Made by a program: the position numbers and the translations under genes
The notes under the pieces: model-generated
The model's input: the letters and a program-made list of their open reading frames with translations, nothing else
Databases searched by the model: none
What the model was told of the DNA's origin: nothing
Assembly: GCA_018646605.1 (NCBI GenBank)
Contig: JABGUL010000015.1
Coordinates: 12,688-76,687 of the forward strand
Reading direction: 5' to 3'
DNA from: Flavobacteriaceae bacterium
Lineage (GTDB): Bacteria; Bacteroidota; Bacteroidia; Flavobacteriales; Flavobacteriaceae
DNA length: 64,000 nucleotides
Shown: one piece after another, positions 29,897 to 39,759 of the stretch
How positions within the stretch are numbered: the stretch's first letter is position 1
Layout: every line of letters begins with the position of its first letter

Positions 29897-32800
29897 ATGA
29901 AAAAGTCCAATTTTTTATTTTCGGTGCTATTTTTTTCTCTTTTGGTTTTTCAGCCTTTTTATGGCCAGCGAAATAAGAGAGTAAAAAAGACAGCAACTAT
30001 AAGTTATCCTGAGCGCGCATATGAATCACTTTCTTATCGTTCAATAGGTCCTTTTAGGGGAGGCCGGTCTGCAGCCGTAACAGGTGTTCCTGGGAAGCCA
30101 GACTTGTTTTATTTTGGTGCTACAGGAGGTGGCGTATGGAAAACGGAAGATGGAGGACAAACATATGAAAATATTTCTGACGGTTTTTTTGGGGGGAGTA
30201 TTGGATCTGTTGCAGTCTCAAAAAGTGATCCTAATGTTATTTATGTAGGGGGCGGAGAAGTAACTGTACGGGGAAATGTTTCTTCGGGTTATGGAATTTG
30301 GAAAACAGTAGATGCTGGGAAAACATGGATTTTTTCTGGGCTACCTGAATCTAGACATGTCCCTAGAATCGTAATTCATCCAACTAATCCTGATGTTGTT
30401 TATGCAGCTGTTTTGGGAAACATTTACAAGCCTACTTCTGAACGAGGAGTTTATAAAAGTATTGATGGAGGAAAGAGTTGGAAAAAAGTACTATTTTCAA
30501 ATTCGGATTCTGGTGCTTTTGAGTTGGTTATGGATCCTTCTAATCCCAGAAATTTATACGCATCCACATGGAGGTTGAACAGAACACCCTATAGTTTAAA
30601 TAGTGGTGGTGAAGGTTCTGCTTTATGGAAAAGTACAGACGAAGGGAAAACGTGGATTGAAATCAGTTCAAATGAAGGTTTTGCAAAAGGAATCCTTGGT
30701 GTTATTGGGGTTACAGTTTCACCAATAAATTCCCAACGCGTCTGGGCTATAGTTGAAAACAAAGATAAAGGGGGAGTATACCGTTCTGATGATGGTGGCT
30801 CCACTTGGTCACACATAAATGACAGTCGTGCTTTGCGTCAACGTGCTTGGTATTATTCTAAAATTTATGCGGACACACAAGATGAAGATGTAGTGTATGT
30901 AATGAATGTTTCTTATCATAAATCTAAAGACGGAGGAAAAACTTTCAAAAGGAATAATGCACCTCACGGAGATCACCATGATTTATGGATTGCCCCAGAA
31001 GACAATCAACGTATGATTATTGCAGATGATGGTGGAGCTCAAATTAGTTATAATGGAGGGGAAACTTGGAGTACCTATTACAATCAACCTACCGCGCAGT
31101 TTTATAGAGTCACTACAGACAATGCATTTCCCTATCGAATTTATGTTGCCCAACAAGACAATTCTACTATCAGAGTTGCACATCGTTCCGAGGGGAGTGG
31201 TATTTCAGAAGCTGATTGGGAGTCAACTGCTGGTGGTGAATCAGCCCACATAGCAGTAGATCCTCTTAATAATGACATTGTTTATGGAGGAAGTTATGGA
31301 GGATATTTAACCCGTGTAAATCACCAAACAAAAACAGAAAGAGGAATCAATGTGTGGCCTGATAATCCTATGGGATATGGTGCTGAGGGAATGAAATATC
31401 GTTTTCAGTGGAATTTTCCTATTATTTTTAGTAAGCACAATCCAAAGAGATTATATACCTTTTCTAATCAAGTTCATGTTTCTGAAAATGAAGGACAATC
31501 ATGGGAAATTATTAGTCCAGATTTAACACGGAATGACCCTGAACGATTAAAGTCTTCCGGGGGTCCTATCACTCAGGATAATACCGGTGTTGAATATTAC
31601 TGTACCCTTTTTGCTGCCAATGAATCTCCATTAGAAGAAGGTTTGTTATGGGTGGGAAGTGATGATGGTTTATTGCATCTAACGAGAGATGGAGGTAAAA
31701 ACTGGAAGAATGTAACACCCAATCAAATGCCTAAATGGTTGATGATCAACAGTATCGATCCTTCACCCTTTGATCCTGCAGTTTGTTATGTGGCAGGGAC
31801 GTTGTATAAAACAGGAGATTTTACTCCTTATTTATATAAAACTTCAGACTATGGACAAACTTGGAGTAAAATAACCAATGGGATTAATAAAGAACATTTT
31901 ACACGTGTACTTAGAGCCGATCCAGCTAAAAAGGGATTGCTTTATGCAGGAACAGAAACGGGGATGTATATTTCTTACGACGACGGAGCTTCGTGGAACC
32001 CTTTTCAGTTGAATTTACCCATAGTTCCGATTACTGATTTGACGATTAAGGACAATAGCTTGATTGTTGCTACCCAAGGACGAAGCTTGTGGATGATTGA
32101 CGATTTAACAATACTACATCAATTGAATCAGGAGGTTGTAAATCAAGATTTAACCTTGTTTAAGCCCAAAGATAGTTACCGAACCCAGGGTAGAAGTAGA
32201 AGTTCTTTGACACAAGGAACCAACTTGCCAAATGGTGTTATTGTACATTTTAATATTAAAGATTTTGATCAATCAAAAGACACCATTCAATTGCACTTTA
32301 AAGGTAAAGATGGTTCTGTTATTAAAACTTTTAGTACAGCCTCTGACAAGGATAAATTAGAAATTAAGGTTGGTGGAAATCAATTTGTATGGAACACACG
32401 ATATAAAGGAGCAGAACGTCTTGACGGTATGATTTTGTGGGGTGCTTCTCTTTCAGGAGCTAAGGCAGTGCCCGGAGATTATACTGTAAGTCTTCAGAAA
32501 AACAAGACCGTTACCGAACAAGTCTTTACTATTCTTCCTGATCCCAGAGCGGAAGCAAGTGTTGCTGATATGCAAAAACAATTTGATTTTGTAAACACTG
32601 TGAATCAAACAATAGATGAGGCTCATCAAGCGATTAAAAATATAAGAAGTATAAATGCAAAATTAGATGCGTTTAAAAAGAATTATGGAGGCTTGGAAGA
32701 AGCAAAAGCAATTCTTGAAACGGCTGCTGCGCTCAAAAAAGAGTTTTCGGAAATTGAAAAAACACTTTATCAAACACAAAATAAGAGTAATCAAGACCCC

Positions 32801-33022
32801 CTTAACTTTCCTATTCGTTTAACGAATAAGTTAGGGCATATAAATAATTTAGTAATGTCCAACGATTTTCCTCCTACGGATCAAGATGTTGTGGTGAGTA
32901 GGTTGCTCACCAGTCAGATAAAGGAACAAGTGGAACGTTATAACAAATTGGTGAAAGAAGATTTAGAATCTTTCAATCAAACTTTTGCAGCTCTGAAGCT
33001 GGATTATTTAACTTTAAAATAG
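29897..33022 (+). CDS. Secreted BNR/Asp-box repeat protein (sortilin/VPS10-like double propeller)
   Basis: 1041 aa with a signal peptide and about 11 Asp-box motifs (for example TEDGGQTY, SIDGGKSW, STDEGKTW, SDDGGSTW, TRDGGKNW, TSDYGQTW). Confidence 0.8.
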   Translation: MKKSNFLFSVLFFSLLVFQPFYGQRNKRVKKTATISYPERAYESLSYRSIGPFRGGRSAAVTGVPGKPDLFYFGATGGGVWKTEDGGQTYENISDGFFGGSIGSVAVSKSDPNVIYVGGGEVTVRGNVSSGYGIWKTVDAGKTWIFSGLPESRHVPRIVIHPTNPDVVYAAVLGNIYKPTSERGVYKSIDGGKSWKKVLFSNSDSGAFELVMDPSNPRNLYASTWRLNRTPYSLNSGGEGSALWKSTDEGKTWIEISSNEGFAKGILGVIGVTVSPINSQRVWAIVENKDKGGVYRSDDGGSTWSHINDSRALRQRAWYYSKIYADTQDEDVVYVMNVSYHKSKDGGKTFKRNNAPHGDHHDLWIAPEDNQRMIIADDGGAQISYNGGETWSTYYNQPTAQFYRVTTDNAFPYRIYVAQQDNSTIRVAHRSEGSGISEADWESTAGGESAHIAVDPLNNDIVYGGSYGGYLTRVNHQTKTERGINVWPDNPMGYGAEGMKYRFQWNFPIIFSKHNPKRLYTFSNQVHVSENEGQSWEIISPDLTRNDPERLKSSGGPITQDNTGVEYYCTLFAANESPLEEGLLWVGSDDGLLHLTRDGGKNWKNVTPNQMPKWLMINSIDPSPFDPAVCYVAGTLYKTGDFTPYLYKTSDYGQTWSKITNGINKEHFTRVLRADPAKKGLLYAGTETGMYISYDDGASWNPFQLNLPIVPITDLTIKDNSLIVATQGRSLWMIDDLTILHQLNQEVVNQDLTLFKPKDSYRTQGRSRSSLTQGTNLPNGVIVHFNIKDFDQSKDTIQLHFKGKDGSVIKTFSTASDKDKLEIKVGGNQFVWNTRYKGAERLDGMILWGASLSGAKAVPGDYTVSLQKNKTVTEQVFTILPDPRAEASVADMQKQFDFVNTVNQTIDEAHQAIKNIRSINAKLDAFKKNYGGLEEAKAILETAAALKKEFSEIEKTLYQTQNKSNQDPLNFPIRLTNKLGHINNLVMSNDFPPTDQDVVVSRLLTSQIKEQVERYNKLVKEDLESFNQTFAALKLDYLTLK

Positions 33023-33028
33023 AGCAAA

Positions 33029-33562
33029 TTGTATTACAACTACATTAAAGCTTTACATCTTATTTTTGTAATTACTTGGTTTGCAGGCTTGTTTTATGTA
33101 CCTCGTCTTTTTATCTATCATATTGAGGCAACAAAAAAATCAAAAATTGAGGCTGATATACTTATTCCACAATTCAAAATAATGACTAAAAGGTTGTGGT
33201 ATATCATTACGTGGCCTTCTGCGATTTTAGCGATTTTATTTGCCGTTTGGTTGCTTTATCTCATGCCCTCATGGTTGTACCAGCCATGGATGCATTTAAA
33301 ACTTTCGCTAGTCTTTCTTTTGGGAGTTTATCATATGAGAACCCACCGATTTTTTAAACAATTACAAAAAGATGAAAACAGACACACCAGTAATTTTATG
33401 CGCATCTGGAATGAAGGTGCAACGTTGTTCCTTTTTGCAATAGTTTTTCTTGTAATTTTAAAAGACAGTTTTCATTGGATTTCTGGATTACTTGGAATGA
33501 TAGGATTGGCATTTATTCTTTATTTAGGAATTAGACTGTATAAAAAAACACGAAAAAAGTAA
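33029..33562 (+). CDS. hemJ: Protoporphyrinogen IX oxidase, HemJ type
   Basis: 177 aa, 4-5 TM segments. The N-terminus IKALHLIFVITWFAGLFYVPRLFIYH is characteristic of the HemJ/UPF0093 family. The apparent start codon is TTG. Confidence 0.85.
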   Translation: MYYNYIKALHLIFVITWFAGLFYVPRLFIYHIEATKKSKIEADILIPQFKIMTKRLWYIITWPSAILAILFAVWLLYLMPSWLYQPWMHLKLSLVFLLGVYHMRTHRFFKQLQKDENRHTSNFMRIWNEGATLFLFAIVFLVILKDSFHWISGLLGMIGLAFILYLGIRLYKKTRKK

Positions 33563-35031
33563 TGGCATTTTCCTTCAAAATACCTGAAAAATTTTCATTC
33601 AGAACTCGACTTTTTGTGGTAATGATTATTATGCTTTTGGTTTCTGGGGTGCTTGTTTTGGGAACCACTTCCATTCAGTATGAGTCCCAACGCGAAAATT
33701 ATCACCTAGGGAGATTGAACAGAAAGGAATCCCAAATTAAGCGACACATTAATTATCTAGTTAGCAAAAACAATTTATTTAATAAGTCCGATAGTATTTG
33801 GAATCAGTTTGGCCCAGATTTCGAAAAAATCAATGCCATTCACAGTATTCGTTATTCTCTTTTCAAACTTGACGGGACACCCCTATTAATTTATCATACC
33901 CCACTTGAAATTATTGCCAATGATTATCAATTAGATGAGGTTTTATTAAATAAAATTAAGGAGAGTCAATCCGGGGTTTATTTAGAAGAGTATAACTCCG
34001 ATCTTGATAATTTTCACGCCTCTTATAGTTTGTTAAAAGATGATCAAGATCGAGCTTATGGGATTTTGTTTTTCCCTTATTTTGAGGATATTTCTTTTTC
34101 TGAAAATGAACTTAATTCGTTTTTGCAAAATTTATATCAAATATATGCTCTACTTCTTTTTGGAGTTATTTTCATCGCTTATTTTTTATCCAAATTTGTT
34201 ACACGATCATTAGAAACTATCAGGGTTCGAATGGCTGAAACAGGTTTAGAAAAAAAGAATGAAAAAATTTATCTCAAAAATGCAACACGTGAAATTGATA
34301 GTTTGGTGAATTCTTACAATGATATGATTGACGATTTATCGGATAGTGTTGCTAAACTTGCAAAAACAGAAAGGGAACAAGCCTGGCAAGAAATGGCACG
34401 ACAGGTAGCTCATGAGATTAAAAACCCACTTACTCCAATGCGATTGACAATTCAAAGTTTTCAACGTAAGTACGATCCCAATGATCCGGACAGTAGGAAT
34501 AAATTAAATGATTTTTCAAATCTTTTGATTCAGCAGATTGATACCATGAGTGAAGTGGCGGAGGCTTTTTCTGATTTTGCGAGTATGCCTAAGCCTAAAA
34601 TGCAAGAATGTGATTTAGTGGAGGTAACTAAAATGGCGTTAACAATTTTCCAAGAAGAACAGATTATTTTCTCTTCAGATCAAGCACATATATATCACAA
34701 GTTGGACCGTACACAGTGGATTAGGTTGATTACTAACTTAATTCAAAATGCAATTCAATCCGTATCTCCAAAAAAGACACCTCAAATTGGAATTCAAATC
34801 ATCGCGGAAAAGGATCAAACAACCATTACCATTATGGATAATGGTAGCGGTATACCTGCGAATTTGAAGGATAAAATATTTGAACCTAAATTCACTACCA
34901 AAAGTTCTGGAATGGGTCTTGGATTGGGCATTGTAAAAAACATTATTGAATCACATGGTGGTATAATAAGTTTTGTGTCTACCCCTAAAAAAGGAACCAC
35001 CTTTACTATTGTTTTACCTACGAGTGTTTAA
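33562..35031 (+). CDS. Membrane sensor histidine kinase with no response regulator in the window
   Basis: 489 aa, two TM segments, H-box AHEIKNPLTP, N-box LIQNAIQS, G1 DNGSGIP and G2 GMGLGLGIV. TAATG overlap with hemJ. Confidence 0.88.
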   Translation: MAFSFKIPEKFSFRTRLFVVMIIMLLVSGVLVLGTTSIQYESQRENYHLGRLNRKESQIKRHINYLVSKNNLFNKSDSIWNQFGPDFEKINAIHSIRYSLFKLDGTPLLIYHTPLEIIANDYQLDEVLLNKIKESQSGVYLEEYNSDLDNFHASYSLLKDDQDRAYGILFFPYFEDISFSENELNSFLQNLYQIYALLLFGVIFIAYFLSKFVTRSLETIRVRMAETGLEKKNEKIYLKNATREIDSLVNSYNDMIDDLSDSVAKLAKTEREQAWQEMARQVAHEIKNPLTPMRLTIQSFQRKYDPNDPDSRNKLNDFSNLLIQQIDTMSEVAEAFSDFASMPKPKMQECDLVEVTKMALTIFQEEQIIFSSDQAHIYHKLDRTQWIRLITNLIQNAIQSVSPKKTPQIGIQIIAEKDQTTITIMDNGSGIPANLKDKIFEPKFTTKSSGMGLGLGIVKNIIESHGGIISFVSTPKKGTTFTIVLPTSV

Positions 35032-35064
35032 GGGGTAATATGAGTATTGAATTTTCTAAAGGCT

Positions 35065-35820
35065 TTAAAACTTATTTTTTTGCTGAAGAATCTCAACCCC
35101 TTCACCAATAGTTGTTTCTATTTTCTGTAAAAGATTTTCATGTTCTCCTGGGATAATTTCAAGGGCGGGGTGAACCTTTAGTTTTAAGTGGACGGCAAGT
35201 GGCATGGGAAAATAGTTGTGTTCTGCAAAGCGCCAAGAATTGCCAATTGAGATGGGCACCACTAGGGCATCTGGCATGTTTTCTATTAGTGTTGACAAGC
35301 CTGCTTTCTGAAAGGGTTTTATTTTTCCATCCCTACTTCGTGTGCCTTCAGGAAAAATAATCGCAGAGTGTTTTTTTTCTGTTAGTCGCTTACCAAAATC
35401 TTGAATCGCTTGAATGGATTTTTTTGGATTTTTCCGATCTATGAGTAATGCCCCACCATGTCGTAAATTGAATGATACACTTGGAATTCCTTTTCCTAAT
35501 TCCTTTTTGCTGATGAATTTGGGATGGTGTTTTCTCAAATACCAAATAAGGGGTGGAACTTCATAAGTACTTTGGTGATTTGCTACAAATATTATGGAAC
35601 GATTTGTGGGGAGAGAATGAGAATGATCAAACTGGATTCGGGTACCTAAAATGTTTAAAAATCTTAGGAGGAATAAGTTTAAGATTTCAACAGCATTTTT
35701 TTGCGCTTGATAACCTATCGCATAAAAACAGATCCATTGTATACCATGAAAAAGCACTAAAAAAAATCCAAAACAAAGATAGAAGATAACGCTCATCAAA
35801 TATCTGAATAGCTTTTTCAT
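35065..35820 (-). CDS. Lysophospholipid (1-acyl-sn-glycerol-3-phosphate) acyltransferase family protein
   Basis: 251 aa. N-terminal TM segment, acyltransferase block I (NHQSTYE, an HX4D/E variant) and block III (FPEGTRS). Confidence 0.8.
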   Translation of the reverse strand: MKKLFRYLMSVIFYLCFGFFLVLFHGIQWICFYAIGYQAQKNAVEILNLFLLRFLNILGTRIQFDHSHSLPTNRSIIFVANHQSTYEVPPLIWYLRKHHPKFISKKELGKGIPSVSFNLRHGGALLIDRKNPKKSIQAIQDFGKRLTEKKHSAIIFPEGTRSRDGKIKPFQKAGLSTLIENMPDALVVPISIGNSWRFAEHNYFPMPLAVHLKLKVHPALEIIPGEHENLLQKIETTIGEGVEILQQKNKF

Positions 35821-35857
35821 GATTTAGGTTTAGCCAAAAAAATTTAGATTATATAAT

Positions 35858-36268
35858 CTAGCAATGATCGTTGAAGGCTGCTTTTAGATTTTCTGCAATC
35901 ATTTCTGCAGGGCGTCCTTCAATATGGTGACGTTCTACCATATGAACTAACTCCCCATCTTTAAACAAGGCAATGCTTGGAGAAGAAGGAGGGAATGGAA
36001 CCATCATATCACGCGCGCTGTTGGTTGCTTCTGTGTTTACTCCTGCAAAAACAGTCACCAAATTTTCGGGTGTTTTTTCGTTTTGTAAGGAATAAAAAAC
36101 GCCAGGGCGAGCATTGGCAGCAGCACATCCACAAACGGAATTAACGACAACCAGGGTTGTCCCTGATTTTGCAAGCGCGTTGGAAACATCTTCTGAAGTA
36201 AACAATTCATCAAAGCCGATGTTTGTTAACTCTTCTCTCATGGGTTTTACTAATTCTGCTGGATACAT
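35858..36268 (-). CDS. Bacilliredoxin BrxA/BrxB (YphP/YqiW, DUF1094) family protein
   Basis: 136 aa. Contains the family's redox motif in VVNSVCGCAAANARPG. Confidence 0.8.
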   Translation of the reverse strand: MYPAELVKPMREELTNIGFDELFTSEDVSNALAKSGTTLVVVNSVCGCAAANARPGVFYSLQNEKTPENLVTVFAGVNTEATNSARDMMVPFPPSSPSIALFKDGELVHMVERHHIEGRPAEMIAENLKAAFNDHC

Positions 36269-36365
36269 ATTTTTTTTTTCAAAGATATAAAAGTAATGTC
36301 TTATGAATATGTTTTGTGGCGCCGATTTTATTTGTCAAATTTGTATTTATTATTTTAATTACAGA

Positions 36366-37088
36366 ATGATTAAATGGGTTGCAGCCTTTTTAGGTTATTA
36401 TTTATTTCGTTTCCCCGGAGCTATTTTTGGGTTTTTTGTTGGGAGTTTTTTGGAGAAATTGATAAATGGATCTCGAGTTAATTTTCAAACCTTTTCACAA
36501 AGTGCAGAACCTGCCCAGTTTCAGCTAAATCTTATTGCTTTTGCTGCCATTGTAATTAAAGCCGACGGACAAGTGAAGGCGCAAGAATTACAATTTGTAC
36601 GTAATTTTTTTATTACCAATTATGGCCCTCAAAAAGCAGCTACAATTTTTGAAACATTTAATGAACAGGTAAAAAAAGAAACGCAAAATATTGATGAATT
36701 AGCACAAGTTTTTGTGTCTGCAAGTAGATATGAAACGCGTTTACAGGTTATTCATTTTTTAATGGGTGTTTCTAATGCTGATGGAAGTATTTCTCAGTCA
36801 GAACTCTCAAAAATTAGGCAAATAGCATTAGCCCTAGAGATACGTGCCGTTGATTTGGATAGTATAAAAGCAATGTTCGTAAAATCCACAGGTAATGCAT
36901 ATCGTATTCTAGAAATCACACCTTCTGCCACAGATACTGAGGTAAAAAAGGCATATCGAACTATGGCAAAGAAATACCACCCCGATAAGTTACAGTCTAA
37001 AGAGCCCGCCTTAATTAAAGGAGCTCAAGAAAAGTTTCAAGAAGTGCAAAAAGCATATGAGGAAATTCAAAAAGAGAGGGGAATATAA
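36366..37088 (+). CDS. DjlA-like membrane co-chaperone (TM + TerB-like domain + C-terminal J domain)
   Basis: TM N-terminus, a TerB-like repeat (KADGQVKAQEL / NADGSISQSEL) and a J domain with HPD (AYRTMAKKYHPDK). Start taken at the ATG at 36366. Confidence 0.8.
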   Translation: MIKWVAAFLGYYLFRFPGAIFGFFVGSFLEKLINGSRVNFQTFSQSAEPAQFQLNLIAFAAIVIKADGQVKAQELQFVRNFFITNYGPQKAATIFETFNEQVKKETQNIDELAQVFVSASRYETRLQVIHFLMGVSNADGSISQSELSKIRQIALALEIRAVDLDSIKAMFVKSTGNAYRILEITPSATDTEVKKAYRTMAKKYHPDKLQSKEPALIKGAQEKFQEVQKAYEEIQKERGI

Positions 37089-37660
37089 TGGATACTTTTT
37101 TGTTTTATCTAGATTTGGGATTTAGGCATGTGATGGACTGGAACGGTCTAGATCATCTTTATTTTATTATTACACTTGCCTTACCTTTTGATTTTAAGGC
37201 AAGTAGAAAGTTGCTATTATGGGTAACTTTATTTACTCTGGGGCACACCCTTTCATTAGTTGGGAATTTCTATTTAGAATTTTCATTTTCGAGTTACTGG
37301 ATTGAATTGTTAATTCCTATAACAATAGCCTTTAGTGCGGCTTCACTTTTATTGCCAAAAAAGTATAGTGAAACTTCAATAGGTCTTTTTTTTCCAATAG
37401 TTACTGTTGTTTTTGGGATTATTCATGGGCTTGGTTTTGGGCGCTATTTTAGTATGTTAATTCCTGAAGATGCGGTTGGACTATCTCTTTTTTCTTTTGC
37501 GCTGGGAGTTGAGTTTGCTCAAACAGTAATTGTAATTGGGGTCTTGTGTTTGAGTTTTTTAGTTTTGAAAACTCCAAAGTTGACAAAGAGTATTTGGAAT
37601 ATTGCAATAGGAAGTTTCATTTTTATACTCGCTCTTGGGATGATTTTTGAGCGAATTTAA
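37088..37660 (+). CDS. HupE/UreJ-family membrane protein
   Basis: 190 aa, about 6 TM segments, N-terminal LGFRHVMDWNGLDHLYFI motif. TAATG overlap with the upstream J-protein gene. Confidence 0.7.
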   Translation: MDTFLFYLDLGFRHVMDWNGLDHLYFIITLALPFDFKASRKLLLWVTLFTLGHTLSLVGNFYLEFSFSSYWIELLIPITIAFSAASLLLPKKYSETSIGLFFPIVTVVFGIIHGLGFGRYFSMLIPEDAVGLSLFSFALGVEFAQTVIVIGVLCLSFLVLKTPKLTKSIWNIAIGSFIFILALGMIFERI

Positions 37661-37696
37661 AATAAGATTGATTGCTAAATTGGTATCTTCGCTTTA

Positions 37697-38128
37697 ATGG
37701 TAAAAGGAAAACAAGAAAAGTACGACAAGGCCTATCTCAAAATGGCAAAGACATGGGGTCAGCTGTCTTATTGTGATAGAAAAAAAGTGGGAGCACTTAT
37801 CGTAAAAGACCGTATGATTATTTCAGATGGATACAACGGGACACCCTCAGGTTTTGAAAATGTATGTGAAGATGAAGAGCATTATACTAAATGGTATGTT
37901 CTTCACGCCGAAGCTAATGCTATTTTAAAAGTTGCCTCTTCTACTCAATCTTGTAAAGGAGCAACATTATACATAACCTTATCTCCCTGTAAGGATTGTA
38001 GTAAATTGATTCATCAATCAGGTATTGTTAGAGTAGTTTATGCAAAAGCTTATAAGGATACTACGGGGTTAGATTTTTTAAAAAAAGCAGGAGTTCAATT
38101 GGATCATGTGGTTATAGAAAATGAATAG
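37697..38128 (+). CDS. Deoxycytidylate (dCMP) deaminase
   Basis: 143 aa. Zinc-binding HAEANAI and PCKDCSKLI motifs. Confidence 0.9.
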   Translation: MVKGKQEKYDKAYLKMAKTWGQLSYCDRKKVGALIVKDRMIISDGYNGTPSGFENVCEDEEHYTKWYVLHAEANAILKVASSTQSCKGATLYITLSPCKDCSKLIHQSGIVRVVYAKAYKDTTGLDFLKKAGVQLDHVVIENE

Positions 38129-38169
38129 TTGGGGTATGGGTCACTTAAGGAAAATAAAATTTTAGCAAT

Positions 38170-39759
38170 ATGAAAACAAATACCTTTTTCTTGGTTTTGA
38201 TTGTGTTCCTTTCTATTGCAATTGGATATGTATTTGGATCACACAGGGTAGACTTTTCCAACAGACAACCTATATCAAATCCAAGTGTTCAGAAACTAAA
38301 CAGACTCCTTTCTTATTTGAAAAATGATTACGTAGATAAAATTAATACAGACAGCCTTGTAGGGGTTGTAATTGAAGATATTGTGGATGAGTTAGACCCA
38401 CATTCAGTTTATATTCCTGCGGTTCAAGAACAATCCATTTCTGAGAGTATGCAAGGAAATTTTATGGGAATAGGGGTCAGTTTTTTTATGGTTCAAGACA
38501 CTATTGCGGTGGTTCGAGTTTTGGAAGGAGGTCCAAGTGAGAAAGCAGGTTTAAAGTCTGGCGATCGGATTTTAATGCTTGATCAAGACACACTATATCA
38601 AAAAAATCTTTCAAGTTCAGATATCGTTTCAAAACTAAAAGGTAGTTCTGCTGCTCCCATTCGACTTTCTGTCTATCGTAAAAAGGCAGATTCCATTTTT
38701 ACTTTTGATCTTACTAGAGGTCCCGTTCCCTTGCCAAGTGTTTCGTCTTCTTATATGATAAATGATGAAACAGGATACGTAAAGATTAATCGTTTTTCTC
38801 AAACAACTTTTATCGAATTTACTCAAGCCTTAGAAAGTCTGGTGAAACAAGAAATGGAACATTTAATTCTTGATTTAAGAGGAAATCCAGGAGGGTACCT
38901 TCTGCCAGCAAAGCAAATTGCAGATGATTTTTTGAGTGACCAAAGGCCTATAGTTATTGTTGAAAGTAATAATGGTATTCGAGAAAGAACGGTTGCTTCC
39001 TCAACAGGATTATTTGAAAATGGAAGCTTATTTGTATTGGTAGATGAAAATTCAGCTTCTGCCAGCGAGGTGATAGCTGGTGCTATTCAGGATAATGATC
39101 GAGGATTATTAATCGGTAGGAGAACTTTTGGAAAAGGACTGGTGCAGCAACAGATGCCTTTGGGTGGAGGAGATCAAATCCGACTTACAACCGCGCGTTA
39201 TTACACACCCACCGGGCGCTCTATTCAGCGACCCTATGACAGCACCTCTCGAGATGATTACTATGCAGAGGTACAAGAGCGATATAATACTGGGGAGATG
39301 CAAGATGAAAATCAAATCCCTTTAAATGATAGTCTTGTTTTTACTACCCCGAAAGGAAGAAAAGTTTATGGCGGCGGAGGGATCTCTCCTGATTTATATA
39401 TTTCAAATGAAGATTCACCAGAGGAAATATGGAACAACTATTTTCTTCGTTCTAGTTTGCTGAATAATTTCATTTTCTTAGAAATGGATTTAAAGCCCCA
39501 AAAATATAATTTTGATAATCCAGCAGAGTTTTTTAATGAACCCCTTCCTTATAAAGAGGATTTTATTGATGCATTTAAAACCTATTGCCTTGAAAACAGT
39601 TTTCCAATAGAAATAAATGATAAAAATCAAGAGATTTTCTTAAACTCGGCGAAGGCATTTATTGCAATTCAGCTTTTCGGAGAAAATCTGCACACAAGGA
39701 TTGTAAATCAAAAAGATCCTTTCATTCAAAAGGCTTTAGATACAATTGATGCGCTCTAA
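38170..39759 (+). CDS. S41-family C-terminal processing peptidase
   Basis: 529 aa. N-terminal anchor, a PDZ domain (GIGVSF...GGPSEKAGLKSGDRIL), catalytic Ser context (SASASEV) and Lys context (TFGKGLVQ). Confidence 0.9.
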   Translation: MKTNTFFLVLIVFLSIAIGYVFGSHRVDFSNRQPISNPSVQKLNRLLSYLKNDYVDKINTDSLVGVVIEDIVDELDPHSVYIPAVQEQSISESMQGNFMGIGVSFFMVQDTIAVVRVLEGGPSEKAGLKSGDRILMLDQDTLYQKNLSSSDIVSKLKGSSAAPIRLSVYRKKADSIFTFDLTRGPVPLPSVSSSYMINDETGYVKINRFSQTTFIEFTQALESLVKQEMEHLILDLRGNPGGYLLPAKQIADDFLSDQRPIVIVESNNGIRERTVASSTGLFENGSLFVLVDENSASASEVIAGAIQDNDRGLLIGRRTFGKGLVQQQMPLGGGDQIRLTTARYYTPTGRSIQRPYDSTSRDDYYAEVQERYNTGEMQDENQIPLNDSLVFTTPKGRKVYGGGGISPDLYISNEDSPEEIWNNYFLRSSLLNNFIFLEMDLKPQKYNFDNPAEFFNEPLPYKEDFIDAFKTYCLENSFPIEINDKNQEIFLNSAKAFIAIQLFGENLHTRIVNQKDPFIQKALDTIDAL

